Assembly (NCBI GenBank): GCA_022821965.1
Contig: JAJECN010000035.1
Span: 7,470-71,469, forward strand
Direction: 5' to 3'
Source: Candidatus Poribacteria bacterium
GTDB taxonomy: Bacteria; Poribacteria; WGA-4E; WGA-3G
DNA length: 64,000 bases
The notes under the pieces are model-generated. The model was not told where the DNA came from and made no database searches. It saw only the letters and a program-made list of their open reading frames with translations. Positions 1-9,335 of this stretch are shown here, one piece after another. Made by a program: the position numbers and the translations under genes. Position 1 is the first letter of the stretch; each line of letters begins with the position of its first letter.

Positions 1-238
1 AAGAGTTTTAAACGCTATTTTTAGAACACCGGTCCCAGCAACGTTGAAATGGCGGCAAATAGAATCCCTCTTGATCTCATGTGGAGCAAGGGTCATTGAA
101 GGTAGAGGGTCTAGAGTAAGATTTGAATTGAATAATATCACCGCCACATTTCACCGTCCCCACAACCAAAAAGAAGCACGTTCCTACCAAGTGAGAGACG
201 TACGGCGTTTTCTGGAGGAAGCAGGAATAATTCCATGA
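1..238 (+). CDS. hicA: HicA-family toxin (5' partial)
   Basis: The frame is open from the window start (RVLNAIFRTPVPATLKWRQIE); GSRVRF and FHRPH motifs; ATGA overlap with hicB. Confidence 0.85.
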   Translation, partial: RVLNAIFRTPVPATLKWRQIESLLISCGARVIEGRGSRVRFELNNITATFHRPHNQKEARSYQVRDVRRFLEEAGIIP

Positions 239-597
239 AGTACAAAGACTATAGTGCTGATATTGAGTACAGCGAAGAGGATAGATGTCTTATCGGCCAT
301 ATTGCAGGAATCACCGACATCGTTGGGTTTCACGCTGACACTGTCCCTGAACTTCAAGTGGCTTTTGAAGAAGCCGTGGAAGATTATCTGGAGACATGTG
401 AGAAACTAAATAAACCGCCGCAAAAACCATATTCTGGGAATTTGAGGTTGCGAATTCCGCCGGATATCCATGTAGCCATTGCAAAAGCTGCGGAAGCCAG
501 TGGAAAAGATCTTGATCAATGGGCAGCGGATACTTTCAGTCATGCTGTAGGGCAGGGATCCCAGGTCGATACTCGGCAGTATCCAGATTCAAAATGA
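235..597 (+). CDS. hicB: HicB-family antitoxin
   Basis: YSADIEYSEED...FEEAVEDYLETC...KPYSGNLRLRIPPDIH is the typical HicB RNase H-like plus RHH architecture. Confidence 0.9.
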   Translation: MKYKDYSADIEYSEEDRCLIGHIAGITDIVGFHADTVPELQVAFEEAVEDYLETCEKLNKPPQKPYSGNLRLRIPPDIHVAIAKAAEASGKDLDQWAADTFSHAVGQGSQVDTRQYPDSK

Positions 598-675
598 GAA
601 GCGGATAGAACCCCAGCCCCCTTAAATTTTGACAAATTGCGTAAGTCTCCACCTAAAAAATAGGAGGCATTAAAA

Positions 676-1089
676 ATGGAACAGACAACGCGAATAGAAC
701 TAACAAATCAGAGCGATCTGGTTGCAGTTAGGTTAGGCGTTATGAACCCCGACGATGTGCGGCGACTTACCATTGAAGACGCACTCGTTGATACCGGTGC
801 AACCGGACTCTGCTTACCAAGTCCGTTTATCAAACAACTCGGACTCACGCCAATCAGAAGCGCGCACGCCCAAACCGCCAAAGGTATTGTGGAGCGCGTC
901 ATTTATTCAGAGGTGGAGTATACCGTTCTGGAACGAAGCGACACCATCCGAGTGACAGACCTTCCTGAGAACATGCCCGTTTTTGTTGGACACATGATCT
1001 TAGAGGCTCTTGATCTTTGTGTGGACATGAAAAAAGGCTTAATCCATAATCCTGCACATGACGGGGCATGGATGATAAAAATCCTCTGA
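676..1089 (+). CDS. Clan AA (retropepsin-like) aspartic protease
   Basis: ALVDTGAT catalytic motif and VGHMILE motif; RBS AGGAGG; paralogue at 48868. Confidence 0.85.
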   Translation: MEQTTRIELTNQSDLVAVRLGVMNPDDVRRLTIEDALVDTGATGLCLPSPFIKQLGLTPIRSAHAQTAKGIVERVIYSEVEYTVLERSDTIRVTDLPENMPVFVGHMILEALDLCVDMKKGLIHNPAHDGAWMIKIL

Positions 1090-1200
1090 CAACGACAGGT
1101 GCCAGCGCATACTATGAGTTTTTATCGCGCAAGGGAAACCCGCAGAAGAGTTTGAGACACTTCTGTAAATAGCGGAAATTACTGACAGGAGGTATCAAAT

Positions 1201-2640
1201 ATGTCTATGGATATTCATGAAGAGACCAATCTTCGCCTTACGAGGCGAACATTTCTGGGAAAAACGGTGCGGAGTGTTGGATCGCTCGCACTGGCATCTT
1301 TACTGACACCATCACTTGTCAATGCTGCGCCAGAGATTGAGAGATGGCAGGGAATTATTACCGAACCACATGTGCCGCCGAAAGCAAAAACTATTATCCA
1401 TCTCTGTATGGCAGGCGGTCCATCACATCTGGAGACTTTGGATTACAAACCGAAACTGGCAGAACTCCACGGGCAACCGATGCCAAAGTCCTTCACTGAA
1501 GGTCAACCGATTGCACAACTCCAAGGACAAGCAGATTCGCTCAAGTGCTTAGGTCCAACACATGAATTCAAAAAGTATGGGCAATCAGGGCAGGAGATGA
1601 GTACAGCGTTTCCACACATCGGAAGCCTCGCTGATGATATTTGCATCGTTCGATCACTGAAAACCGAGCAAATTAACCACGATCCAGCACACACTTTCAT
1701 GAACACAGGCACTGCAATCGCTGGCAGACCGAGCATGGGCTCATGGCTGCTTTACGGACTCGGCAGTGAAAATGAAAACCTGCCGGGCTATGTTGTCCTC
1801 ATTTCTTCTGGTGGTGGTCAGGATCAACCCATTGCAACCCGACAGTGGCATAGCGGGTTCCTCCCGGGGCAGTTTCAAGGGGTCCAGTTCCATTCAACCG
1901 GCGATCCGGTTCACTATGTCACCAACCCCGGCGGTGTGAACACCGAACAGCAACGCGATGTGGTAGATGCCGTACAAACATTGAACGGCATATTTGATGA
2001 GACTGTGGACGATCCAGCTATCTCAACACGCATCAGTCAATACGAGATGGCATTCCGAATGCAGACGAGTGTCCCGGAGTTGACCGACATCTCCAAAGAG
2101 CCACAGCACGTTCTGGATGCGTACGGCGCGAAACCGGGTGACGGCTCCTACGCCTCAAACTGTCTCCTCGCGCGGCGGTTAGCCGAACGTGGCGTGCGAT
2201 TTATTCAACTCTATCACCGTGGGTGGGACCATCATGGCGGCATTGAAAACGCTATTAAGACAACCTCGGGTTATGTTGATAAGGCAACCGCTGCGCTCGT
2301 CAACGATTTGAAACAGCGTGGCATGTTGGACGAGACCTTAGTGATTTGGGGTGGTGAGTTCGGTCGGACACCGATGGCACAAGGCACTGGACGCGACCAC
2401 CATATTAAGGGATTCTCGATGTGGATGGCGGGTGGTGGTGTCAAAGGTGGTGTTAGTTACGGGAACACCGATGAGTTGGGATATAATGCCGTTGAAAATA
2501 TTGTGCATGTCCACGACTTCCACGCCACGATGCTACACCTCTTCGGGATTAACCACGAAAAACTGGTCTATCGCTTCCAAGGGCGAGACTTCCGTCTCAC
2601 CGATGTCCACGGGCATGTCGTCCGCGACATTTTGGCTTAA
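1201..2640 (+). CDS. DUF1501 sulfatase-like protein with Tat signal
   Basis: TRRTFL Tat motif; GGPSHLET, GWDHH, GEFGRTP and GRDH motifs; C-terminal GRDFRLTDVHG. Confidence 0.9.
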   Translation: MSMDIHEETNLRLTRRTFLGKTVRSVGSLALASLLTPSLVNAAPEIERWQGIITEPHVPPKAKTIIHLCMAGGPSHLETLDYKPKLAELHGQPMPKSFTEGQPIAQLQGQADSLKCLGPTHEFKKYGQSGQEMSTAFPHIGSLADDICIVRSLKTEQINHDPAHTFMNTGTAIAGRPSMGSWLLYGLGSENENLPGYVVLISSGGGQDQPIATRQWHSGFLPGQFQGVQFHSTGDPVHYVTNPGGVNTEQQRDVVDAVQTLNGIFDETVDDPAISTRISQYEMAFRMQTSVPELTDISKEPQHVLDAYGAKPGDGSYASNCLLARRLAERGVRFIQLYHRGWDHHGGIENAIKTTSGYVDKATAALVNDLKQRGMLDETLVIWGGEFGRTPMAQGTGRDHHIKGFSMWMAGGGVKGGVSYGNTDELGYNAVENIVHVHDFHATMLHLFGINHEKLVYRFQGRDFRLTDVHGHVVRDILA

Positions 2641-2642
2641 GG

Positions 2643-2669
2643 GTAGTAGGCACGCTCCGTCGTGCCTAC
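2643..2669 (+). repeat. GTAG-type REP hairpin
   Basis: GTAGGCACG-ctccgt-CGTGCCTAC is a perfect inverted repeat right after the stop codon. Confidence 0.75.
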
Positions 2670-2698
2670 CATAATGATAAGGTTGCAAAGTAGTTTGT

Positions 2699-3985
2699 AT
2701 GAAAAGAACAGTTAGGATTTTTTTAGTACACATCTCGTTCTTGTTCGCTCTGACAGTGTCTGCCTTCAGCGACAGTCTCCCTATAGTGGAGCCTGAAGCA
2801 GTTGGACTTTCTACCGAAAGGCTCTCAAGAATTGATAAGGTTATGGAAAAGCACATCGCTGAAAAGAAAATCGCTGGCGGTGTCATACTGGTTGCGAGGC
2901 ACGGAAAGATCGCGTATCTTGGGGCTCACGGTATGATGGATGTTGAGGCAGAAAAGCCGATGGCACCCGACACCATTTTCCGTATTGCGTCAATGACCAA
3001 GCAGATTACGAGTGTCGCCGTAATGATGCTTTATGAAGAAGGGCATTTTCGGTTACATGAGCCGGTCTCAAAGTTCATTCCCGCTTTCAAAGAGATGCTC
3101 GTGCTGCCACCAGAAGATGCCGAAGATTCGGCAGCCCCTGTACCAGCAACACGACAGATTACCATTTGGAACCTGCTCACCCACACCTCCGGTCTAACGT
3201 ATCACTGGAATGAGCGACTCGGTCCGAAATACAACGATGCGGGTATCACCCACGGGCTTTTGCAGGATGAGAGCACCCTTGCGGAAAAGATGAAAGTGTT
3301 GGCAACAATTCCGTTGTTGCATCAACCAGGGGATAGAGTTGAGTACGGTCTCTCAATAGATGTACTCGGTTATCTCGTTGAGGTCGTATCGGGGATGCCG
3401 CTTGATCAGTTTTTCTCTGAACGTATTTTCAAACCACTCGGTATGACAGACACACACTTCTTTATCCCGGAAGCGAAACGTGAACGGATCGCAACAGTGT
3501 ACGAGCGAACTGGAGACGGTCCAATAATGCGAAAATCCCAAGAACCGACTGTAGATGGTTTGGTAATCTACTCAACCGACTATCCGTACAATGGTCCGCG
3601 AACCTATTTCTCTGGCGGTGCTGGGTTAGTCTCTACTGCCTCTGATTATGCCCGTTTTGCACAAATGATGCTCAACGGCGGAAATTTAGACGGTGTCCGA
3701 TTGTTGAGCCGAAAAACCGTTGAATTCATGACTACGGATCAGCTCACTCGGATGGATGTCAATTACGGATTTGGGCTCGGTTTTAGTATTGTTCGCGATG
3801 AGTCAGATCTCTGGGAGATCGGATCAGTTGGAACGTATAGCGGTGGTGGTTTCTTCTTTACCAGTTTCTTTATCGACCCCCAAGAACAGATGATTGGTAT
3901 CCTCATGTGCCAATTGCATCCCACCGGCGGTTTGGATCTCGGAGGGAGGATTCGCACCCTCTGCTACCAAGCAATCACCGATTGA
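2699..3985 (+). CDS. Serine hydrolase, beta-lactamase class C-like family
   Basis: Signal peptide; IFRIASMTK (SxxK), LLTHTSGL and EYG motifs. Confidence 0.9.
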   Translation: MKRTVRIFLVHISFLFALTVSAFSDSLPIVEPEAVGLSTERLSRIDKVMEKHIAEKKIAGGVILVARHGKIAYLGAHGMMDVEAEKPMAPDTIFRIASMTKQITSVAVMMLYEEGHFRLHEPVSKFIPAFKEMLVLPPEDAEDSAAPVPATRQITIWNLLTHTSGLTYHWNERLGPKYNDAGITHGLLQDESTLAEKMKVLATIPLLHQPGDRVEYGLSIDVLGYLVEVVSGMPLDQFFSERIFKPLGMTDTHFFIPEAKRERIATVYERTGDGPIMRKSQEPTVDGLVIYSTDYPYNGPRTYFSGGAGLVSTASDYARFAQMMLNGGNLDGVRLLSRKTVEFMTTDQLTRMDVNYGFGLGFSIVRDESDLWEIGSVGTYSGGGFFFTSFFIDPQEQMIGILMCQLHPTGGLDLGGRIRTLCYQAITD

Positions 3986-4038
3986 AATTTTTCAGACTGT
4001 GCTCTATCACATCACGCGCAAGTTCTTGATAGGTTTCG

Positions 4039-4125
4039 GTAGCACATAACGAAGTGGCGTGCGGATATACGGGAAAGAGATTGAGACCTCCAACCCACCT
4101 CACCGAACCGCAAGGAAAATTAAAA
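4039..4125 (+). promoter_or_regulatory. Conserved structured leader element, copy 1
   Basis: GTA-GCAC...GTGC-GGATATACGG...GAACCGCAAGGAAAATTAAAA is similar to 23029-23117 and 25488-25576. Confidence 0.6.
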
Positions 4126-4142
4126 AAAGGAAATTAATCAAT

Positions 4143-5174
4143 ATGCTAAGAGAACTCATTGCACCGGCACAAGAACAGGTCGCTTTCCGAGAATATGAAA
4201 GCCAACCTTTGCAAGCCAATGAAATTCGGGTCAAGAGCCAGTTTGGTGCGGCTAAACACGGTTCAGAGATGGCATCATATAAGGGTTATGCCGGTCCGCG
4301 CGGTGGCTACGACGGAGAATATAAAATCTTTCGCGCAAACGGTTCTGGGATGGTGCACTACCCTTCAGGACTTGGGAACATGTGTGTTGGCGAGGTAACT
4401 GAGATTGGTGCGGACGTTACCGATGTCGAGGTCGGAGAGCGAGTTTTTCGGCACAGTTCCTTCCGCGAGGAACATGTTTGGAACGCAGCAGGTACCCGGA
4501 AACTGCCCGATGGGGTGCCTTGGCAGGCAGCCGTTTGTTTGGATCCAACAGATTTTGCCCTCGGCGCAGTGCGCGACGGTAATGTCCGCATCGGTGATGC
4601 TGTAGCTGTCTTTGGAATGGGTGGTATCGGACTGATGGCACTGCAGCTTGCCAAATTCGCAGGTGCCTACCCAGTAATTGGCATCGATCCGCTCGAATTG
4701 CGCCGTAATGTCGCCCTCGAATGTGGTGCGGATCTGGTTATCGATCCTACGACAGAGGATGCCGGTTTGGAGATTAAAAAAGCCACCAACAAACGTGGTG
4801 CCGATGTTTGCATTGAATATAGCGGACATCATACGGCACTGCAAGACGCTATCCGCGGCGTGATGTATTTAGGGACGGTTGTCGCCGGTGCGTGGCCCGG
4901 TATCTACCCCGCAGGATTAGATCTCGGTGCGGAGGCACATTTCAATCGACCGACGATTGTCTTCTCACGCGCCTGCAGCGAACCGAATCCCGAATATCCG
5001 AATTGGAATGAAGGCAGACTCTTTGAAATCAGTTGGAGGCTCCTTTGCGATGGCAGCTTGAAATCTGAACCGGTTATATATCCTGTTGTCGATTTTGACG
5101 ATCTATTGGACGAGTATCCGAAGATAGCAACTGCCCCGGGTGAGAATGTCAAGTTAGGTGTTCGATTCGCATAA
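4143..5174 (+). CDS. MDR-superfamily (alcohol dehydrogenase-like) oxidoreductase
   Basis: GroES-like N-terminus and Rossmann VFGMGGIG motif; start moved to ATG 4143 behind an AAGGA RBS. Confidence 0.85.
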   Translation: MLRELIAPAQEQVAFREYESQPLQANEIRVKSQFGAAKHGSEMASYKGYAGPRGGYDGEYKIFRANGSGMVHYPSGLGNMCVGEVTEIGADVTDVEVGERVFRHSSFREEHVWNAAGTRKLPDGVPWQAAVCLDPTDFALGAVRDGNVRIGDAVAVFGMGGIGLMALQLAKFAGAYPVIGIDPLELRRNVALECGADLVIDPTTEDAGLEIKKATNKRGADVCIEYSGHHTALQDAIRGVMYLGTVVAGAWPGIYPAGLDLGAEAHFNRPTIVFSRACSEPNPEYPNWNEGRLFEISWRLLCDGSLKSEPVIYPVVDFDDLLDEYPKIATAPGENVKLGVRFA

Positions 5175-5256
5175 CCGCTATTTTCGTCGGGGCTTCGTCC
5201 CTTAGAGTTTCAGGTTATCAAGTTATTCTCCGTTCACCCTGGAGGAAAGGGAAGCT

Positions 5257-6195
5257 ATGACTGCTGGACTTATGCTGGTTTTAATGAGCATCACATCAGC
5301 CCAAATTATTGGCAATAATGTAATCGGAAGCATTGAAGTAACGCCGAGAATCGAAATAGCAGAGATACCGAGTGAATTTTCTGCTTTCAGACAAGTAGGC
5401 TGTGACAAATATGTCAATGTTTTCGGCGTTCACATCTTCGCAAGCCAAACGACCTCCGAAGATAAACTCTCTCACGCTGCAGGTGTTTTGGCACAATACC
5501 TCGATAACGACGAAGACGGTGTTCCTGACAACACGTTGGTTCTTAGCCAATTGGTGAGCCGAAACGTCTTCATCATTATGCCCGGAACAGAGGCGGAGAT
5601 GGAGCGGATGGAAATGGAACCGGTAGAAGAGGCGGGCTATCGATTCGGTCAAGGCCTATATGGCGAAGAAACCAAGCCAGATTTCCTTGTTGATGGCAAA
5701 ATCAACGCTCCCGATGGTCACTACTACGACGGCGCATTAGAGGAAATTCTGCATCCCATTACACAACATGGATATGCCAATGCTTACCCCGAGGTGTTCG
5801 GGGAGGTACGGGGGTCCACCTTAGCGAAGTGCATGGATGCTGCCCGTGGTGGATATTTCGAGCGAGTGCCGAAAGGTGGACCCAAGAGCGGATATCCGGC
5901 AGAGGCTTGGTATCACTATACAGATGAAACCTGTGATTATGACTGCATGGTTACGGAATACATCTATTGGGCTTTGACCTCGATATTGGGGACACAGGAC
6001 TTTCCAGGGCGACACGAGGCACTCGAAGTCGAATGGGAATTGAATACCAAAGAACGGGTTAGAACTGGTGATCCCAAAGTATACGAACTTCTGACAGACC
6101 CTCAATACAAATTCCCAACCAAAGCACCAGATGGAAACTACAGCCCATCGGCATTTCCCGTTACAGTTGTCCCTATCATCGCTATTGAAGATTAA
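5257..6195 (+). CDS. Secreted hypothetical protein, possibly zincin-like metalloprotein
   Basis: Signal peptide; YLDNDEDGVPDN Ca-binding-like loop; EEILH with a downstream E (VTEY). Confidence 0.6.
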   Translation: MTAGLMLVLMSITSAQIIGNNVIGSIEVTPRIEIAEIPSEFSAFRQVGCDKYVNVFGVHIFASQTTSEDKLSHAAGVLAQYLDNDEDGVPDNTLVLSQLVSRNVFIIMPGTEAEMERMEMEPVEEAGYRFGQGLYGEETKPDFLVDGKINAPDGHYYDGALEEILHPITQHGYANAYPEVFGEVRGSTLAKCMDAARGGYFERVPKGGPKSGYPAEAWYHYTDETCDYDCMVTEYIYWALTSILGTQDFPGRHEALEVEWELNTKERVRTGDPKVYELLTDPQYKFPTKAPDGNYSPSAFPVTVVPIIAIED

Positions 6196-6391
6196 TAGGG
6201 TAACAGTCCTTATTAAACGGGGAAACTCGGAAATAGTTCGTTGAGAGCATGTTTGTTCTCAAGAGTTCCCAAGAAGCTCTTTTTTCAGTTTTTGGCATAA
6301 TACCTCCTTCAAAATCCACTTAAAATCTGCGCCATCCGCGATTCAGAAATTACCGACCATATTCTCCTTTTTTTCCGATTTATGACAATCA

Positions 6392-6419
6392 TGCAACCCG
6401 TGCCTCGTAAAATCGCGTC
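6392..6419 (+). promoter_or_regulatory. Putative ECF-type promoter
   Basis: TGCAAC-N18-CGTC about 40 nt upstream of the ECF sigma gene. Confidence 0.35.
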
Positions 6420-6458
6420 ACCACAATTGTAAGTCTAAATTACTTATGGAGATCTCTG

Positions 6459-9335
6459 ATGGAAAAAGACGACGTTGAATTGATTTACAGTATATTAGCA
6501 GGGGATGAAGCTGCATTTAGCACGTTAGTAAAAAAATACCAAAAAAGCGTTCACGCACTCGCGTGGCGGAAAATCGGAGATTTCCATATCGCGGAAGAAA
6601 TTACCCAAGACACTTTCCTGCAGGCACACAAAAAACTTGCCTCGCTAAAAAATCCGAGTCAGTTTGCCGGGTGGCTCTATGTGATCGCAGACCGACTCTG
6701 CAAAGCATGGTTCCGAAAAAAGCGACTAAAGAAACAACTGAACATGCAATCGCTCGAAGCCACCAGTGAAGAAACACTTGAAAAAACTGATTATTCAAAC
6801 TACACCCGTGAACAGCGTGAAGATGCCGCAGTAGAGCATCAACGTCAGATTGTGCAAAGACTCATGGAAAAACTCCCTGAGAGTGAACGCACAGTGATGG
6901 TCCTTTACTACCTCGGAGAAATGAGTTGTGAAGAAATTGGTAGGTTTTTAGGCGTGTCCCCTAACACGGTTAAAAGTCGGCTACGACGGGCTCGAGAGAG
7001 TTTAAAGAAGCAAGAGCATATAATTAGTGAAACCCTCAGTGGTATCCAGCTCCCCGCTAACCTTACTGAAAACATCATGCAGCAGATAGCCAAACTGAAA
7101 GAAGTACCTCCTCAGGGTGGTAACCGGCTACCGTGGGCAGCTTTAGCTTCATCTGCTGTTTTGGCACTTTTACTGATAGGGACGGGCACTCAATTACTCA
7201 TAAATTTTCAGCAGCCCTATAGTTTTGATGCCCAATCGGAAAGCACTATTGAAATAGTTGACGCGCCTATTGTTCTTGATATTCACTCAAAACCGGATTT
7301 GCGAAACCGAGTGGGCAACGATACGATCCCGGGTAAAAACAGCAATAAAGGTTTATCAACAGGAACTGAATCTATGCAAAACAGTATAGCACAAGATACA
7401 ACACAATGGAGTCTACCGGAAGATGCCAAAGCGCGGTTCGGGAAAGGTTATCCCTATGACTTTGAATATTTTCCGGATGGCACGCGGCTTGCTGTGGGGA
7501 GCACCATAGGCATCTGGATCTACGACGCACGGACAGGTGAAGAACTCAATTTGCTAACAGGGCATACATACTACGTCAGTCGTGTCGTTTTTAGCACTGA
7601 TGGCAGGACACTTGCAAGTATGGGCCGTTGGAATGACACAATTATCCGCCTATGGGATGTTGCCACCGGTGACTCCAAGGCGACCCTCACAGCACATACA
7701 GGCAATATCAATACTATCGTTTTCAGTCCTAATGACAAAATGCTTGCAAGTGCAAGTGATGACCATACCGTCCGTTTATGGGATAGTGACAAGGGAGACT
7801 TGAAGACAACGCTGATAGGTCATACAGGTCATGTTAAAGTGTTAGCGTTCAGCCCCGATGGTAGTAGACTTGCAAGTGGTGGTACCGACGAGGTCATCCG
7901 CCTATGGGATGTCACTACAGGTGAACTTCTGCTAACGTTTGCAGCACACGCGAATTCTGTTGATACCTTGATGTATTCACCAAACGGAGAACAAATTGCC
8001 AGCCAAGGTGGAGACGACAACGTTTGTTTATGGAATGCTCAAACGGGTGAATTTCTGCACCTCCTCAGCGATCATACAAAAGAGGTGTCTTCCATCAATT
8101 TTTCAAAAGATGGTGAAACGCTTGCGACTGCAAATTACGATGGAACAATCGAATTTTGGCACGCACACACTGGAGAGCATCTGAAAACCGTCAATGTGAG
8201 TACAAAACCCTATAGTCTGTATAATATGTACTACTCCCCGGATGGTAGCACTTATGTCTGTGATGACGATGAGGAGGGGAAAATCCTACTCTATGATGCT
8301 AACACCGACAAACTTTTACATACCTTCAAAATGCCCAGCAGAGGTGTGGGTGACATGAGGTATTCTCCCGATGGACAGACACTTGTGGGTGCCGATCAAT
8401 TTGGGCTGCATTTTTGGGATATCGACACCGGACAGTTGCTGCAAACCATCCCTGGCTACTCGGATGTCATCAATTCCGTGGTCTACTCTCCAGATGGACG
8501 CACATTGGTGAGTTTAGCCGGTGTCCTCCGTTTTTGGGATGTTGAGACCGAAAAACTCCTACGAACCCTCACGCCTGAAAGCTCAGTCCGTTCTATGGCG
8601 TATTCTCCGGACGGACAGACGCTTGCCTGTGGAACCTACGACAACACGATCCTGTTATGGAACGTTAGCAGATGGAAACAGATAACAACGCTTGAAGGAC
8701 ATGCGGAGGGTATCTCATCGGTAGCCTTCAGTCCGGATGGACAAATACTCGCGAGTGGGAGCTGGGACCGGACGATCCGCTTGTGGAATCCACAAACAGG
8801 AAAGATATTAAAAGTCCTTACTGGACATTCGTCCAGTATTAACACTGTGGTCTTCTCTCCAAATGGAGAGACACTTGCAAGTGGTGATGATAGTGGAACA
8901 ATCCGTTTTTGGAACGTGGATACTGGTGAACTCCTAAAAACTATTGACACTGAGGCGGATACGATCGATTCTGTGGCATTTTCGCCGGATGGCAAGACAC
9001 TAGCGAGTACGGACAACAACGGTAACGGTGATGGTAATATTCGGTTTTGGGATGTTGCCACTGGTGAACTCCTAAAAACTATCACTGTGGAGGCAGGTGC
9101 TTATTCTGTCGTGTATTCACCAGATGGCAGCACACTTGCGAGTGGTGGGTTGACCAAACTTGCGAGTGGTGGTTTGGGAAAACTTTCTATTTGGGATGTT
9201 GCCACTGGTGAACGCTTGAAAACCTTTATTGGGCATATAGATCCCGTCTCTTCTGTCGCCTATTCTCCTGATGGACGGACCCTCGCCAGCGGGTGCCGAG
9301 ATAGCACCATAATTCTGTGGGATTTAACAAAATGA
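6459..9335 (+). CDS. ECF sigma factor fused to a TM helix and a WD40 beta-propeller
   Basis: Region 2 (AEEITQDTFL, FAGWLY), region 4 (EEIGRFLGVSPNTVKSRLRRAR), hydrophobic segment LPWAALASSAVLALLLIG, then many GH...WD repeats. Confidence 0.92.
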   Translation: MEKDDVELIYSILAGDEAAFSTLVKKYQKSVHALAWRKIGDFHIAEEITQDTFLQAHKKLASLKNPSQFAGWLYVIADRLCKAWFRKKRLKKQLNMQSLEATSEETLEKTDYSNYTREQREDAAVEHQRQIVQRLMEKLPESERTVMVLYYLGEMSCEEIGRFLGVSPNTVKSRLRRARESLKKQEHIISETLSGIQLPANLTENIMQQIAKLKEVPPQGGNRLPWAALASSAVLALLLIGTGTQLLINFQQPYSFDAQSESTIEIVDAPIVLDIHSKPDLRNRVGNDTIPGKNSNKGLSTGTESMQNSIAQDTTQWSLPEDAKARFGKGYPYDFEYFPDGTRLAVGSTIGIWIYDARTGEELNLLTGHTYYVSRVVFSTDGRTLASMGRWNDTIIRLWDVATGDSKATLTAHTGNINTIVFSPNDKMLASASDDHTVRLWDSDKGDLKTTLIGHTGHVKVLAFSPDGSRLASGGTDEVIRLWDVTTGELLLTFAAHANSVDTLMYSPNGEQIASQGGDDNVCLWNAQTGEFLHLLSDHTKEVSSINFSKDGETLATANYDGTIEFWHAHTGEHLKTVNVSTKPYSLYNMYYSPDGSTYVCDDDEEGKILLYDANTDKLLHTFKMPSRGVGDMRYSPDGQTLVGADQFGLHFWDIDTGQLLQTIPGYSDVINSVVYSPDGRTLVSLAGVLRFWDVETEKLLRTLTPESSVRSMAYSPDGQTLACGTYDNTILLWNVSRWKQITTLEGHAEGISSVAFSPDGQILASGSWDRTIRLWNPQTGKILKVLTGHSSSINTVVFSPNGETLASGDDSGTIRFWNVDTGELLKTIDTEADTIDSVAFSPDGKTLASTDNNGNGDGNIRFWDVATGELLKTITVEAGAYSVVYSPDGSTLASGGLTKLASGGLGKLSIWDVATGERLKTFIGHIDPVSSVAYSPDGRTLASGCRDSTIILWDLTK

